Positions 34,153 through 45,645 of a stretch of 64,000 nucleotides of DNA are shown here, piece after piece (positions within the stretch are counted from its first letter, which is position 1; each line of letters starts with the position of its first letter). The stretch spans positions 620,001 to 684,000 of the forward strand of contig NW_027191406.1 in the NCBI RefSeq assembly GCF_041146345.1, written 5' to 3'. The notes beneath the pieces are model-generated. The model searched no databases. It had not been told where the DNA came from and worked only from the letters and a program-made list of their open reading frames with translations. The stretch comes from Neodothiora populina. Taxonomy: Eukaryota. The translations under genes were made by a program, and so were the position numbers.

Positions 34153-37100
34153 TCAATACTTCAGAGATCCCTTGCCTCGCGATTTCCTGACGCCCTCCAG
34201 CTTCTTCATGAGTGTTTCATGCAACTTCTTGTTGGCAGCCCATGACTCCTGCAACTTCTTCATGCGCACCGTCGCAATGACCATCAATCCTACTGACTTC
34301 AGAGTTGGACGAGTCTCGATGAACGTCGTGTGATCGGGCGTGATGCCAATCTCCTCGAGAATCTTGAGATCTGCCTTGTTGCTGTTCTGTCTGTTAGCTT
34401 ACTCTATCGCAGAACAATATCGAAAAGAAGACCTATTCATGACTTACCAAGCGTCGTACATCTGGATCTGCAGAAGCATGAAGTGTTTTGAAAAGGAAAG
34501 TCCCTTGCGGAAACCCTCCTCGCGGCTGCACTGCGCACGAAGGTACTGGATCTGTTTCGCCAGACCTCTGAGCTCGCTGGCGTGTGTCTTCTCTTTCGCT
34601 TCGATGATGCTCCTGATTTCTGTTTGGACAGAAGAACGATTGCTCTCCACCTCGGCGCGTAGGTTCTTGAGCTTGTTTCGTGCTTCGTTCTCGCGAGTCA
34701 CGGACGTTTGCAGCTTGCTCTCGCGCTCTGCGAGTTGCTTCCGCAATCCGTCGTACTCGACCTGAAGCTCCTGCAATTGTGCTTGGAGCTCATCACGTTC
34801 CATGTTGACCGTGTCGTCTGAACTGCTTTGAACATTCTTGAGCTTCTCCTTGAGCTCTCTCTCCCTCTTCTGTATCTTCTCGATCCGCTCGTCCCTTTCG
34901 GCGATCTGGAGCTGCAAGTCTTCCAACTCGATGTTAGCATCTCGCAGCTGGATCCGGAGTTCAGCTTCCCGACGAGCGTGTCCTGAGCTGCTGCCCTTGC
35001 GCTCTCCAAGCGCTAGTTCCATGTCGTACAATTGAACTTTGGCCTGTCTGAGATTCCACACTTGTTGCTGAAGCTCTCTTTCCTTGGTCGTGAAGCTGAC
35101 AACCTGCGCGTCTCGCTGCTCCATCTCCTCTTGAAGGGCCCGAAGATCTCTGTGAGATTCGCTGAGCTGAGCCCGAACCTCGCCTTCCTTCTTGACCAGG
35201 CTCGCGATCCGCTCGTCACGTTCTGCTATCTGTAGTTGGAGGTCTTCGGCCTCGATCTTCGACTGTTTGAGCATCTCGTGGAGGTCTTTGCGCTCTCCAG
35301 CCATTGTCTTGTCTTGTTGCGCGGACTCAAGTTCGAAGTCCAAGGATTCGATCCGATTCTCCAGCTTCGTTATCTCATTCTGTGCCTCGCGAAGCTTGAC
35401 TCTGAGCTCGTTGCGTTCACGAACAGGAGTTCCGTTGGCCTTTGCTTTCCAGGCTTCGTCGAGCTCCGTCTCGAGATCGTGTATTTGCCTTCTCATGTTC
35501 TCGCGCTCCATGTCGGCGTTCTTCAGCTTCAGTCGTAGTTCGTTGCGCTCGCGAACGGGGGTACCGTTCCGTTGCGCGTTATCCAATTCAGACTCGAGAC
35601 TCTTGACCTTGCGACGAAGCTCGTCACGCTCGCGAACAGGAGTTCCGTTCTGCCGCGCAGATTTGAGTGCGGTCTCCAGGCTTCGCACCTGCTCTTGTAG
35701 TGAGGACTTCTCGGCTTCGGCTTCTTCGAGACTAGACTCAAGCACGAGAATCTCATCCTCGAGCGCCTCTAGTGCTTCTTTGTGCTGGCTAGCCATGTCA
35801 GCCTTGGACTGCGCTGCAGCCTTTTGAACTTGTTCGAGCTGGTCCCTTGCATCTGCTCTAGCTTGCTGTATTTGACGATCGAGAGCTCGGATTTCTGACT
35901 CCTTCTCTTGCTTAGCCTTGCGTAGCTGGCCTTGCAAGTCAAAGATCTCGTCTTCCTTCTCTTTTACCACCTGAATTTTGGCTTCGGCTCTCGCTTGCTG
36001 CAATTGGCGGTCGAGGGCTCTGACCTCGGATTCCTTGTCTTGGTTGGCCTTTCGTAGCTGGTTGTGAAGCTCTAGTATCTCGTCCTCTTTTGCCTCCACA
36101 AGCTTTTGCTTCGCCTGCACGTCATCATTGAGATGACCAGCGAAAGATTGGTCCTTCTCCGTCGATTGGAGTCGTTCCTGGAGCTGCTGCACCTTCTTCC
36201 TGTGCGACTCTGCCTCCTGTTCGACGTTTTGTAGCTGTGCTTCGAGCTCGTCGAGTTCGGCATCCTTTTCTTCCGCCAAAGACTTGATGGTGCGTTCGAG
36301 ATTGCGGATCTTGTCGGCCTGTTGTGTCAGGGTCTTTTCCTTCTTGGAAGGGGACTCTGTTGCAGCCAGGCGAGCCTGGATCGTGCGCAACTCCTCGGCC
36401 AGTTGTTGTGCTTCACGATCCTTTGACTTTACGTCTTTCTCTAGTTGCTCGATACGTGCAATCTTTTGACGCAGCTCGTCTTGATCATGACCTTTAACCC
36501 CGCGCAATCTTGATTCCAGGTTCTTGATCTCCCTATCCTTTGCTTCAAGCAAGTCATCCTTTTCATCAAGCTCTGCATCAGCTTCAGCAGATGATGCTCT
36601 GAGCGTTTCCTGGAGTTGCCTGATTTGGCTTGCTTGCTGTTCAAGTACATGATTGTGTCGAGCTGTGGCATCATCAAGTCCACCAGCACTGGCTCGCAGC
36701 TTAGATTTGAGATCCGAGATCTCGCCTTCACGATCCTCCACTACACGTGTGAGTTCCCGGAGACGCGATTCACCTTCCTGAATCAGACGGTCCTTCTCCT
36801 GCAGCCTGACATCTGTTTGCTGGGCCTCTACGTCCCAGCTGCCTCGTGCGGTCTGTAAGCGTTCCTGCAGGGAGCGCAGTTCTCCCTCCTTTTGCTCGAG
36901 AAGGCGGTCGTTCTCCCTCAAGTCGCTGTCCTTTTCGCGCAGCGCTGCCGAATGAACAGACTCGACATCTTGTAGCTTTCTCTCCAAGGACCTCAATTCC
37001 TCATGTTTCTCGTCGATGATCTGGTCTTTTTCGCGTATCTGGTTTTCCAATTCAACCAAGCTACCACGTAGCTTCTTGCTCGAACGATCTCGGTCCTGGG

Positions 37101-38364
37101 CTGATTCAGCCTGTTTCCTGACTTGTCGGAGTTCCTCGTCGCGCGTTGCAAGTTCCTGGTCCTTGGCGTCCAGCTCTGCTTCCAGGCTCGCGACATCCTC
37201 TCTCAGTGTTTCGAGCTCTTCTGAGTCGCCCGATGCCGCCCGGAGTTTTGCTTGCAGTGCATCTAGTTCTTCGTCCTTTTGGTCGATTTCGGCTTCCTTG
37301 GCCCGAAGCTCGGCTTCCAAGTCTGCCACGTCGTCTTTGAGATCCTGAGCTTTTCCATCGGAGCCCGTTTCTGCGAGTTGAAGTCGTCTCTGCAAGCCAT
37401 CGACCTCCTGTTCTCGTTCGTCGGCAAGCCTCTGGCTCTCTTCAGCAAGCGAGCGCAGGCGTGCCAGCTCTTCCTTCATGATGCCATCCGTGTTGTTCTT
37501 CTGGACTTCATGGGCATAATCGCGTAACTGAGTTCTGTGGGCATCTAGGTCTTGTTCGGCGCGGTCGAGGGCCTTTCGTTGTTTCTTCATCTCTGCTTTC
37601 ATGCTGGTGACATCAACCTTGAGCTCGGCATTCTGCTTGAGGGTCTCTTGTTGATATTCATTGCCGTTCTTCTTAAGGTTCTCCTCGAGGAAATGAATCT
37701 TCAGCTTCAGGTTGAAGTTTTCCTTCCCTAGCGCATCCAGTTTCTAGTACGAGAGTCAGCTTCATCAACGATACCTCGCTAGAGTTGGACTGACCGCTTC
37801 CTGTTCGCGCAAGGTAAGGATGTTTCCTTGGTCAAGAACACCGCCTTGTCCTCTTTGTGGTAGTACCGGAATAGGCGTGGACATGATACTGCTGCTTGCC
37901 ACATTCGGGGGCACAGGCGTGGCTTCGCCTTGTGAGCTCCCTGTGTAGTCATCCTCGATCATACTGTTGGTTGGCAGTCCTGGTGTGTGGGATTCTTTGT
38001 AGCCGGGCTTGAGGTATGCCGGTGTTGCTGGAGCGCGTCCGCTGAGCACACTACGCAACAAATCTTCGTCGTTCTCCTTGTCTTCGGCCCGGCCATAGTT
38101 GCGGTAGCGATTCTGTGCCGCGCTCTTGAGTAGTGGAGTGAATTCGTTCCTCGCCGGAGCGTTTCGTCGATCGACCAGGTTCCTTGCGCGTGGCGTTTTC
38201 ATCGAGTTCCCACCACCTCGAGATCTCATCTGGCGCACCAGATCATTTGCTGGATCCTTGGATGGCGAAGGGAACGGTTGCACCATGGAGAAAGACATAT
38301 CGCCAGCGGTGAAACGCGTAGCATCTGCGTCGGTACGCGGCGTGTCTGGATAGTTGTAGGCCAT
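34153..38364 (-). CDS. PCP1: Spindle pole body protein Pcp1/PcpA (Spc110/pericentrin-like: CM1 domain, coiled coil, PACT domain); exons 38364-37795, 37743-34448, 34381-34153
   Basis: CM1 motif LTLREQEA|KLDALGKENFNLKLKIHFLEE, a long heptad coiled coil, and PACT region ELRGLAKQIQYLRAQCSREEGFRKGLSFSKHF..LKSVGLMVIATVRMKKL. Confidence 0.9.
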
Positions 38365-38407
38365 GATGAAGGGGGATTATATGTTAGTATGCCGCTACTG
38401 CATCCGG

Positions 38408-38413
38408 ACGCGT
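38408..38413. promoter_or_regulatory. MCB-like element (ACGCGT) just upstream of the PCP1 ATG
   Basis: Exact ACGCGT ~45 bp upstream of the start codon. SPB genes are typical G1/S (MBF) targets in yeasts. Confidence 0.3.
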
Positions 38414-38892
38414 GGGCGACTCGAGATAACGAGTGCTATACAAAAACAATGGTCGAGGGATATCCACCTTGGAGGATTCAAGGTAGAGTTACAGATACAA
38501 ATGTTTGTGCTTTGCATCAAATGCTTAAGAGTTGTTGCTTTGTTGTTGACGCAAATCAACAAACTATTCCGCATCGAGAAGGAAGCTCGGCCCTTGGGTT
38601 CCTGCCAAGCTTTCGGACCTGAAGCCTCAGGCGCTGACGCCCTGATTTTGGCTTTCTGATTCGCCCATGTGGAAGGTTTACTTATTTCATATTGCTGTCG
38701 ACCTTGCTGTATCTTGCTACAGATAATTATTCACATCTTAGCAAGTGAGTGCGGTCGCAAGTCGTCGCTGAGGTTGTTGATCAACCTGTTTGCGCGCATC
38801 TTTGGGAACAGCAATGGCTTGAGACTTGCAAAGTAATCTGCTCGCTCATGTCAGTGTGCCATCTGGGTTCGCATCTGTTCAGACAGCCATCG

Positions 38893-39952
38893 ATGCCTCA
38901 CAAGAGACGTGCTCTCCTCTGTGCAAATGTAGTCAGCAGTCAATGGCTACACAGCCTTCCAAAACACACATGTCGCAGCTACTATAATGTGCGCAAACTT
39001 CCACCATCTGCTCCCTCAGCCGGCCCTCCACTTGACGAGCAGGAGCACAATGTGGATATCGATCGGCCGTCTCGTGCTTTGCCAACTTCACCGTATCTGG
39101 ATCCGCGAGTGACCGAGCAGAAACTATCAGCAGCCTACAAGTACGCAAAACCTCGGCAGGATCCCTCTGATCAGACCGAGTTTCAGAGACGCCTCGCCCG
39201 GAACCCATATGGTATGGTCTTCCCCTGTCGCTCATTGTGAGTGCGCAAACCAGCTGACTGCCTTTCGTCGTCTAGCCCAAGCACTTTCTACAGCCGTGCG
39301 TCACTGTAGTTACTCTCAAACCAGGTTGCCTCAGCATTTCCTACTTCCTTTTGCCACAGCATTTGAAACTCGTGAAGAAGCTGGCAAGATTACCAAACTA
39401 GCGCCTACTATCACCTTGCTAGGTAAGGAGAAGAAACCGGCTTGCAAAACTCACCTGCTTGGTTCGAGGGCAATATTGCGTCGCATGAGCAGAAAGAAGA
39501 CATGGCAACGGCTGATCAGTCGAGAAATGCACGAGAGATTCAACGTCAAGGCCAAAGGGGAATGGAGGTGGCCGGAGGACATTGAGGACATTGTGTTGCA
39601 ACATTTGAGGAGCGATGTCGTCGCAAAGCTGAGATGGGCCTTTGATATGGCCAATGCTAACTTGGTCATGCCCGTCGATGCAGCCAAGCTTGCGTCCGGC
39701 GAGCATGCTTGTACACTGCGTCTTGCGGCATCCGCATCCTCATCCTCGAACGCAGACGCCTCTGACACAACTCCACTGTTCGATCTACCGGTGTTGCTGG
39801 GCGATGAGTTCTTGACAAAACTTATCCAGGGCACAAGATTCGCGGAGAACGATTGCGTCGTCGTCGCCGACAGCCACCTCACGGTTTCGGCTCGCATGCG
39901 CTTGCTGAGACTGCAAGACTTCCTGGATGATGAGACCAAGTGGACCTCATGA
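38893..39952 (+). CDS. Conserved fungal hypothetical protein, probably mitochondrial (possibly RRG8-like); exons ~38893-39211, 39276-39952; start uncertain
   Basis: Intron GTATGG..CTGAC..TAG joins two ORFs giving FQRRLARNPY|AQALSTAVRHCSYSQTRLPQHFLL, with PLFDLPVLLG near the C-terminus and a basic N-terminus. Confidence 0.65.
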
Positions 39953-40094
39953 TGCGCAAATCATTATGATATACACCATATACAGGTAGGCCTGGCGCAA
40001 TCTCCCTCCCTACACTTATGTACGTCGTGTTGCTCGAAACACTTCTCAAGCAAGCCCGGTCTGCCTTTGTACATGTCGCAATGGTCACCGTCCA

Positions 40095-41227
40095 CTACTT
40101 CAGCAGGACCGGTGCTACCTGCTTCGCCTTGTCGGCAAGCTTTTGCAGCTTCTCCGCGCGGATCTTGCGCACATATCGGAACAACAGGATAAAAAGCAGC
40201 TCCATGCGCTCCTTAGTCATCATCAAAATGCCTTGTACGAGCAAACCCTTGAGGATCTGAGGGCCAATGCCCTTGAACAGGCCAAGCAGGCCCTCGTTGT
40301 CTATGATGTATCTCATGACTTCACTGAAAGTCTTGAAAGGCTTGCCCATCCTGGCGGGCGGGGGTCTAGATTGCAGGCCTACTTTGGCGACGATGAGGGG
40401 TTGTGTGACAATGGTAGCCAACGCCTTGGATAACGCCCCGAGGACTGTTCGGCAGATTAGTACGCTTTCCAGATACTCGAAACGGAAAACCACTCACTGA
40501 ATGCCTCATGCGGCCTCAAGCTCGCTTTGCCAGGGTAAAGCGCGTCCTTGAGTCGCTGGTATGCGCCATAGGTGATGGCGGGATTTACTACTAGCACTAG
40601 ACTAGCCTTCATACCTCTCCACAAACCAGTCCATCCATCCTCACTGTCAATCACCTCCTTTGCCGTCTCGAACAAGCCTCTCTTGTCGCCCTTCGGCTGC
40701 GTCTGCTGTCTGGTCGTCACAACAGCGATGGGGATGGTGAACAACTGCGCCAGCGCGCCAGCGACAGCACCAAGCGACAGCTCAATGGCAGTATTTGGTG
40801 GTTTCGGCGCCGATGCTCGCGACATGTAGACCGTGCGAACGACAGAGTACCAGTAGAAGTACGCAAAGTTAGTACTCGCCACACCGATCAACGAACCCAG
40901 CATGCCAGAATATAGACCCGCGATGCCCTCGTCTTGGATGATGGATTTGATGGCGTGTCCGGTGCCCTCGTAGTGCCGATCGCCAGTCGTCGTGGCGACT
41001 TCGTCGGGCTTTCTCTTGACTTGCACTTGAAGCCGTGTCTTGACTCTGTTTTAGTTTTCGTGTCAGACCGGACCTGTCAAACAAGTAGTATCGTGACTCG
41101 TGGCCTTCGAAAAAGAGACTCACATGTCAAGGGGATACACGAGCGTGTTGGCCATGACCGCACCCGTCGCTCCAGCCACAGCGAGTCCCCAAGCTGGGAT
41201 CGCCGCCTCCTTGGAATGAGCACCCAT
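40095..41227 (-). CDS. ANT1: Peroxisomal adenine-nucleotide carrier (mitochondrial carrier family, Ant1-like); exons 41227-41124, 41045-40498, 40444-40095
   Basis: Carrier signatures YPLD|IVKTRLQVQ, TIPIAVVTTRQQT and TQPLIVAKVGLQ, plus STNFAYFYWYS, LVVNPAITYG and GLFKGIGPQILKG. Confidence 0.88.
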
Positions 41228-41978
41228 CCTCTCGTTCGTCGTCGGTTCACAGAATATGTGCTTTGACACACGAGGGAGCTTCCAATTATGCGTGATGCGC
41301 AAAAGAAAGGCGTTCAATAGAGACGAATGGTGCAGATTTCCTGGGGGAGCCCGCTAGACCAGATGGTGGTCTTATCCTTTTGACACTGCTGCGTGGAGTT
41401 TCCTTGTCGATTGTATCTACTTTGCGTCTCTGTATACGTGAGCTGTTCAGATATATATCGTGGACTTTCGACGAGACGTCTAGGTGTTAGATCTGCTTCC
41501 GAGAAGCACAAAAGAGGTAGCTAAGGTAAGGAGGTAGACAAGGTGAGGTGTGCAACGATACGCCCGCCGGGCTCATCTGCTGCAGCTCAGTACACCTTAA
41601 TGGGCGGGCAGCACAACTCTTTACCGATAAGGCGTAGCATATGCGCCCTGTCAACCGAGGTCTCGGGGTTAAGGTGACGAAAGCTGAACCGCGGCACCGG
41701 TTTCGCAGCCTCAAGAAGCAATGGAAAGCAATACGAGGGCAGCTCCAGCTAAAAGGTAGGACTGTGTGTGGGGTAGATGAACTGTCGAATACCTCGAGTC
41801 ATTAGTGTGGTTTCTGACATGCGGCTATTTGATGTGCATTATTCGATTGCATTTACTTGCGACTTCATAGTCCCGTTGATTCTGGGCAGGATTACAAATA
41901 GCGAATAACTACTGAAAATCACAATCGCCATCATGATCAAGTCGCCGAGTCGTTAGTGGATGAGCTTTTTCTGTCCAT

Positions 41979-44885
41979 ATGGCTACTCTTTCTGTCGACG
42001 AGCTTGACCGACTGAGATCGGAAGCTGAGGTAACGACGCGGACAAGTGCATATAGCCGCTGGAATCCACTAACCATCTCAGCGACTAGAAAGCAAAGTGC
42101 CTCACGCGGACTCGAAAGACAATGCACTCGAGTTGGCTCTATCGGCAGCAGAGCTATCGATGAAAGCGCTCAAGCTCGCTGATGATCCCATTATTCGAAA
42201 AAGCATCAATGCGAAAGTGAAATCGCTCCTCGATGACGCAGAGCGTATCAAGTCCTCGCCAGATTGGACGCCGGGGCAGACTCAACCCACTGCGAATGGT
42301 GCTGGTCGTGAAGAAATCGATGTGGCTACGATCAAGAACCTCGCTGAGCCGGTCTCTACGCGTGTGTTGACTAAAGCCGAGGACATTCTCCTGCTCAGAA
42401 CATCTAAGCTCAATGGATTCAAGTTTCCCCCTTGGAAGGGATCGCCTAGCAATTCAGACTTCTTGCGGGCAAATGGCGAGGAACTGTTCTTGCATGTACT
42501 ATCGCTTCTGCGTTTTCGCGACTCATGCTGACATTATGGTAGTGACAAGCCGGAGTTGCGTCTGTCATCGATGCAGATGAAAGTCTTCGATGATTGGAAA
42601 CGACCGGCCGAGGCGTTGCCACCGCCCCCGTGGCTAGCTAATCAGGAGGATCACTCAAAGCTTGGTCCGACCATGTATTCGGGCAAGGGCATTGATCTGG
42701 TGCAAGATGCTGCCACCGATTGCTCTGTCGTGGCTAGTCTTTGCGCCTGCGTCGCGAGAGGAGAACGTGGACATGCTCCGGTCCGTATCATAGTCTAACA
42801 TGCAACTCAGACAAGGACACCACTCTCATGACAGTCACAGATCCTGCGCAATGTTCTCTATCCTTATGATCGAACGAACCATCAACCAATATTGTCTGAG
42901 AACGGCAGATACATCCTCAGACTCAATTTCAACGGCGCATACAGGAGGGTCGACATAGATGACAGACTACCTGTTTCGAAGACATCTAGGGTCATACATG
43001 TGGCTGATAGACAAACGCCTGGCCTGCTTTGGCCTGCTTTGGTCGAAAAGGCATATTTGAAGGTCAGAGGTAGCTACGATTTTCCGGGGAGCAATTCCGG
43101 GACCGATCTGTGGATCCTCTCTGGGTGGATCCCAGAGCAAATATTCATACAAAGGTAATCATTATCTAATCTTACGACTCTATGCAACAGCTCACATCCT
43201 ACCTTAGCGATGACACTGTTCCCAATTCTGTCTGGAAGAGAGTCTATAGAGCTCACAAATTTGGAGATGTTCTACTCACCATGGGGACTGGCAAGATGTC
43301 TGCTCGCGCTGAGAAAGAAACGGGCTTAGCAGGAGAACACGACTACGCAGTCTTGGATCTTCGCGAAGTGGACGGTCAGAAGCTACTTCTAGTGAAAAAC
43401 CCGTGGTGTGAGGGTACGTCATGGACCGGAAGCATGCCCAGGATCGAGGTTCATGATGGCCAAGAGCTCGATGTCAACAACGACAGTGAGGTGGTGCGCA
43501 GCTCTCGTGATTTGTTGAATGCAGATGATCAGCTCACGCCGGGGACTTTCTGGATCGACCTCAACAGTGTCTTACAGCACTTTGAGTCGATATACCTGAA
43601 TTGGAATCCTGGATTATTCAGAAAGCGGCAGGACATTCACTTTTCGTGGAATCTGTCACTCACAGATGACCCTACTGCCGTGCAGGGAAAGTACAGGAGC
43701 TTTGCTGCCCATCCACAATTCCGCCTCACCGTAGGAAATGATGGGCTGCTATGGATACTGTTGTGTCGTCACTTCTCTGATGCTACAGATGAGTCTCAGA
43801 GCAAGCAAGCGCGTGACACACACTCGGCCGGCTTTATCAGCATATACGTATATGACAACAAGGGCTCCAGGGTGTTTTTGAGCGACAATGCTCTGGAACG
43901 AGGACCATTTGTCGACTCGCCACAGACACTTTTAAAGCTTGACAACGCGGTCGCTGGAAGACAATACACGATTGTGCCAGTGGAACAGGATCTCGAACAT
44001 CGCATCCATACTTTCACCTTGTCGACGTTTTCCAATTCAAACATCACCATTGATCACGCGTCGAGCAGGTATCCATACGAGAAGACTGTCCCAGCCTCTT
44101 GGACTCTCGGTACTGCCGGTGGTAACGCGCATTCCCCAGAGTACCGTCAAAATCCGCAATTCAGCCTAGGCCTGAGCCACAAAGCGTCTCTGAGCTTGCT
44201 GCTTGAAACGCCAGTGGAGCATCTCAATGTCCACGTAAAGCTACTGCTCGGCAATGGTAAGCGCATGGAAAGCGTCCGGTCGCGCGATATTATAGTCGAC
44301 TCCAAGGACTACCGACGCGGCTGTGCGCTCGCTACCATTGATGATCTGGACGCGGGCGACTACACAATTATATGTTCGACTTTTGAGACTGGACAGACCG
44401 GGCCGTTCACTCTTCGTGTAGACAGCACGCAGCCCGCCCAGCTGAAATTATTACCACGCGAGGGAGCAGGGAGGGTCAGAATGCAATTGAACAGTCCCGC
44501 ATTCGAGACTCAGCAATTGAAGGTAGCGGCCCAAATTTTGCCCAGTCGACTCTCCAAATTGCGGGTATCAGTCAAGCATAGCAGCAATACTCAATCGATG
44601 CACCGCGAGCGTAGCATGCTTCGTGTTAGTATTGAAGCCGGGCGTGGACCCGAACGTCAGGTGTTGACGGTCAGCGGCGACGGAGGGTACAGCGATGGTA
44701 TAGCAGGCGTGCGCACCGACGAGATCGATCTCTCGCCTCAGATGGCCAGAGAGACATACATGTGGCTGGTCGTCGAGCGGATGTTCACGCCGCGTGATTT
44801 ACCAGCAGAAATGCTTCAAGTGGAAATATTCGCCGAAGCACCCGAAGCGGTGCAGGTGGGCGGTTGGAGGAGGTGGGATGATTGA
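41979..44885 (+). CDS. palB: Calpain-like cysteine protease PalB/Rim13 (pH signalling); exons 41979-42029, 42082-42491, 42543-42780, 42841-43154, 43208-44885
   Basis: Catalytic Cys in DLVQDAATDCSVVASL, LWPALVEKAYLK, His in GEHDYAVL, Asn in KNPW. N-terminal MIT-like helices and C-terminal calpain domain III repeats. Confidence 0.93.
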
Positions 44886-45645
44886 ACTTTGGGAAAAGCA
44901 TGTCTGCCTCCGGCACATTATCTCAGCCTAACGGGAACGAGGCGCGACTGTCAAGCGGGGCTCGTGATGCTACTCTACGTTTCGTGTCCTTCTCTTGTTG
45001 TTTGTTGTACAACTGACAACATGATTTAGTTTGTGTATAATCAAGAGATACATAGCTAATATCTGTAATAGATGGACCGAGGATTGATGCACTACCATCG
45101 CAGAGCGAATACACTATACAAGTACAAGCAGAAGTACTACGAAAGGAAAGAAGAAGTTGGATTATTGATTTTTACCATGGAATCTCGACTACCCCACGAC
45201 GACAATCGATCAGGCGATGCATTTTGAAGCCGCAGGGTCACTAGCAGCAGTAGCACGGCAGTAGCACTTGCGATACAGTAGGTCTCGGCGCCGTCGGTCT
45301 ACGGTGAGTGATGTGAAGTGACGGCGACTTGGCCGCCGTAAAAACGCCGTGTGGAATTGTCGAGGTGGGGAGATGATTGGGAGAGGATTTCGTGGTTGAG
45401 GAGTTTGGCGTGACGTAGCTGGGTGCTTTTCCCGAAGTCAGAGCTCTCGCTTTCGCTTTCTCTCTGTTTCATCCAACCACGTTCAAATACACATTTATCC
45501 TCTTTCTCTACACCAAAGTCTTTTCTGCAAATCTAAGAAACAACACATCTGCAGCTCTGCAGTTGACGTATACACATTTAACATCTGTTCACGTCAATCC
45601 ATTTTAAGATAATAGCAATCACTGGGAGAAAAAAGATACCCCGCC

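Noticed and set aside
18420..44885. Co-occurrence of two ESCRT-associated enzymes (AMSH, PalB) as a functional cluster
   Set aside because: They are ~22 kb apart with ten unrelated genes between them; likely chance.
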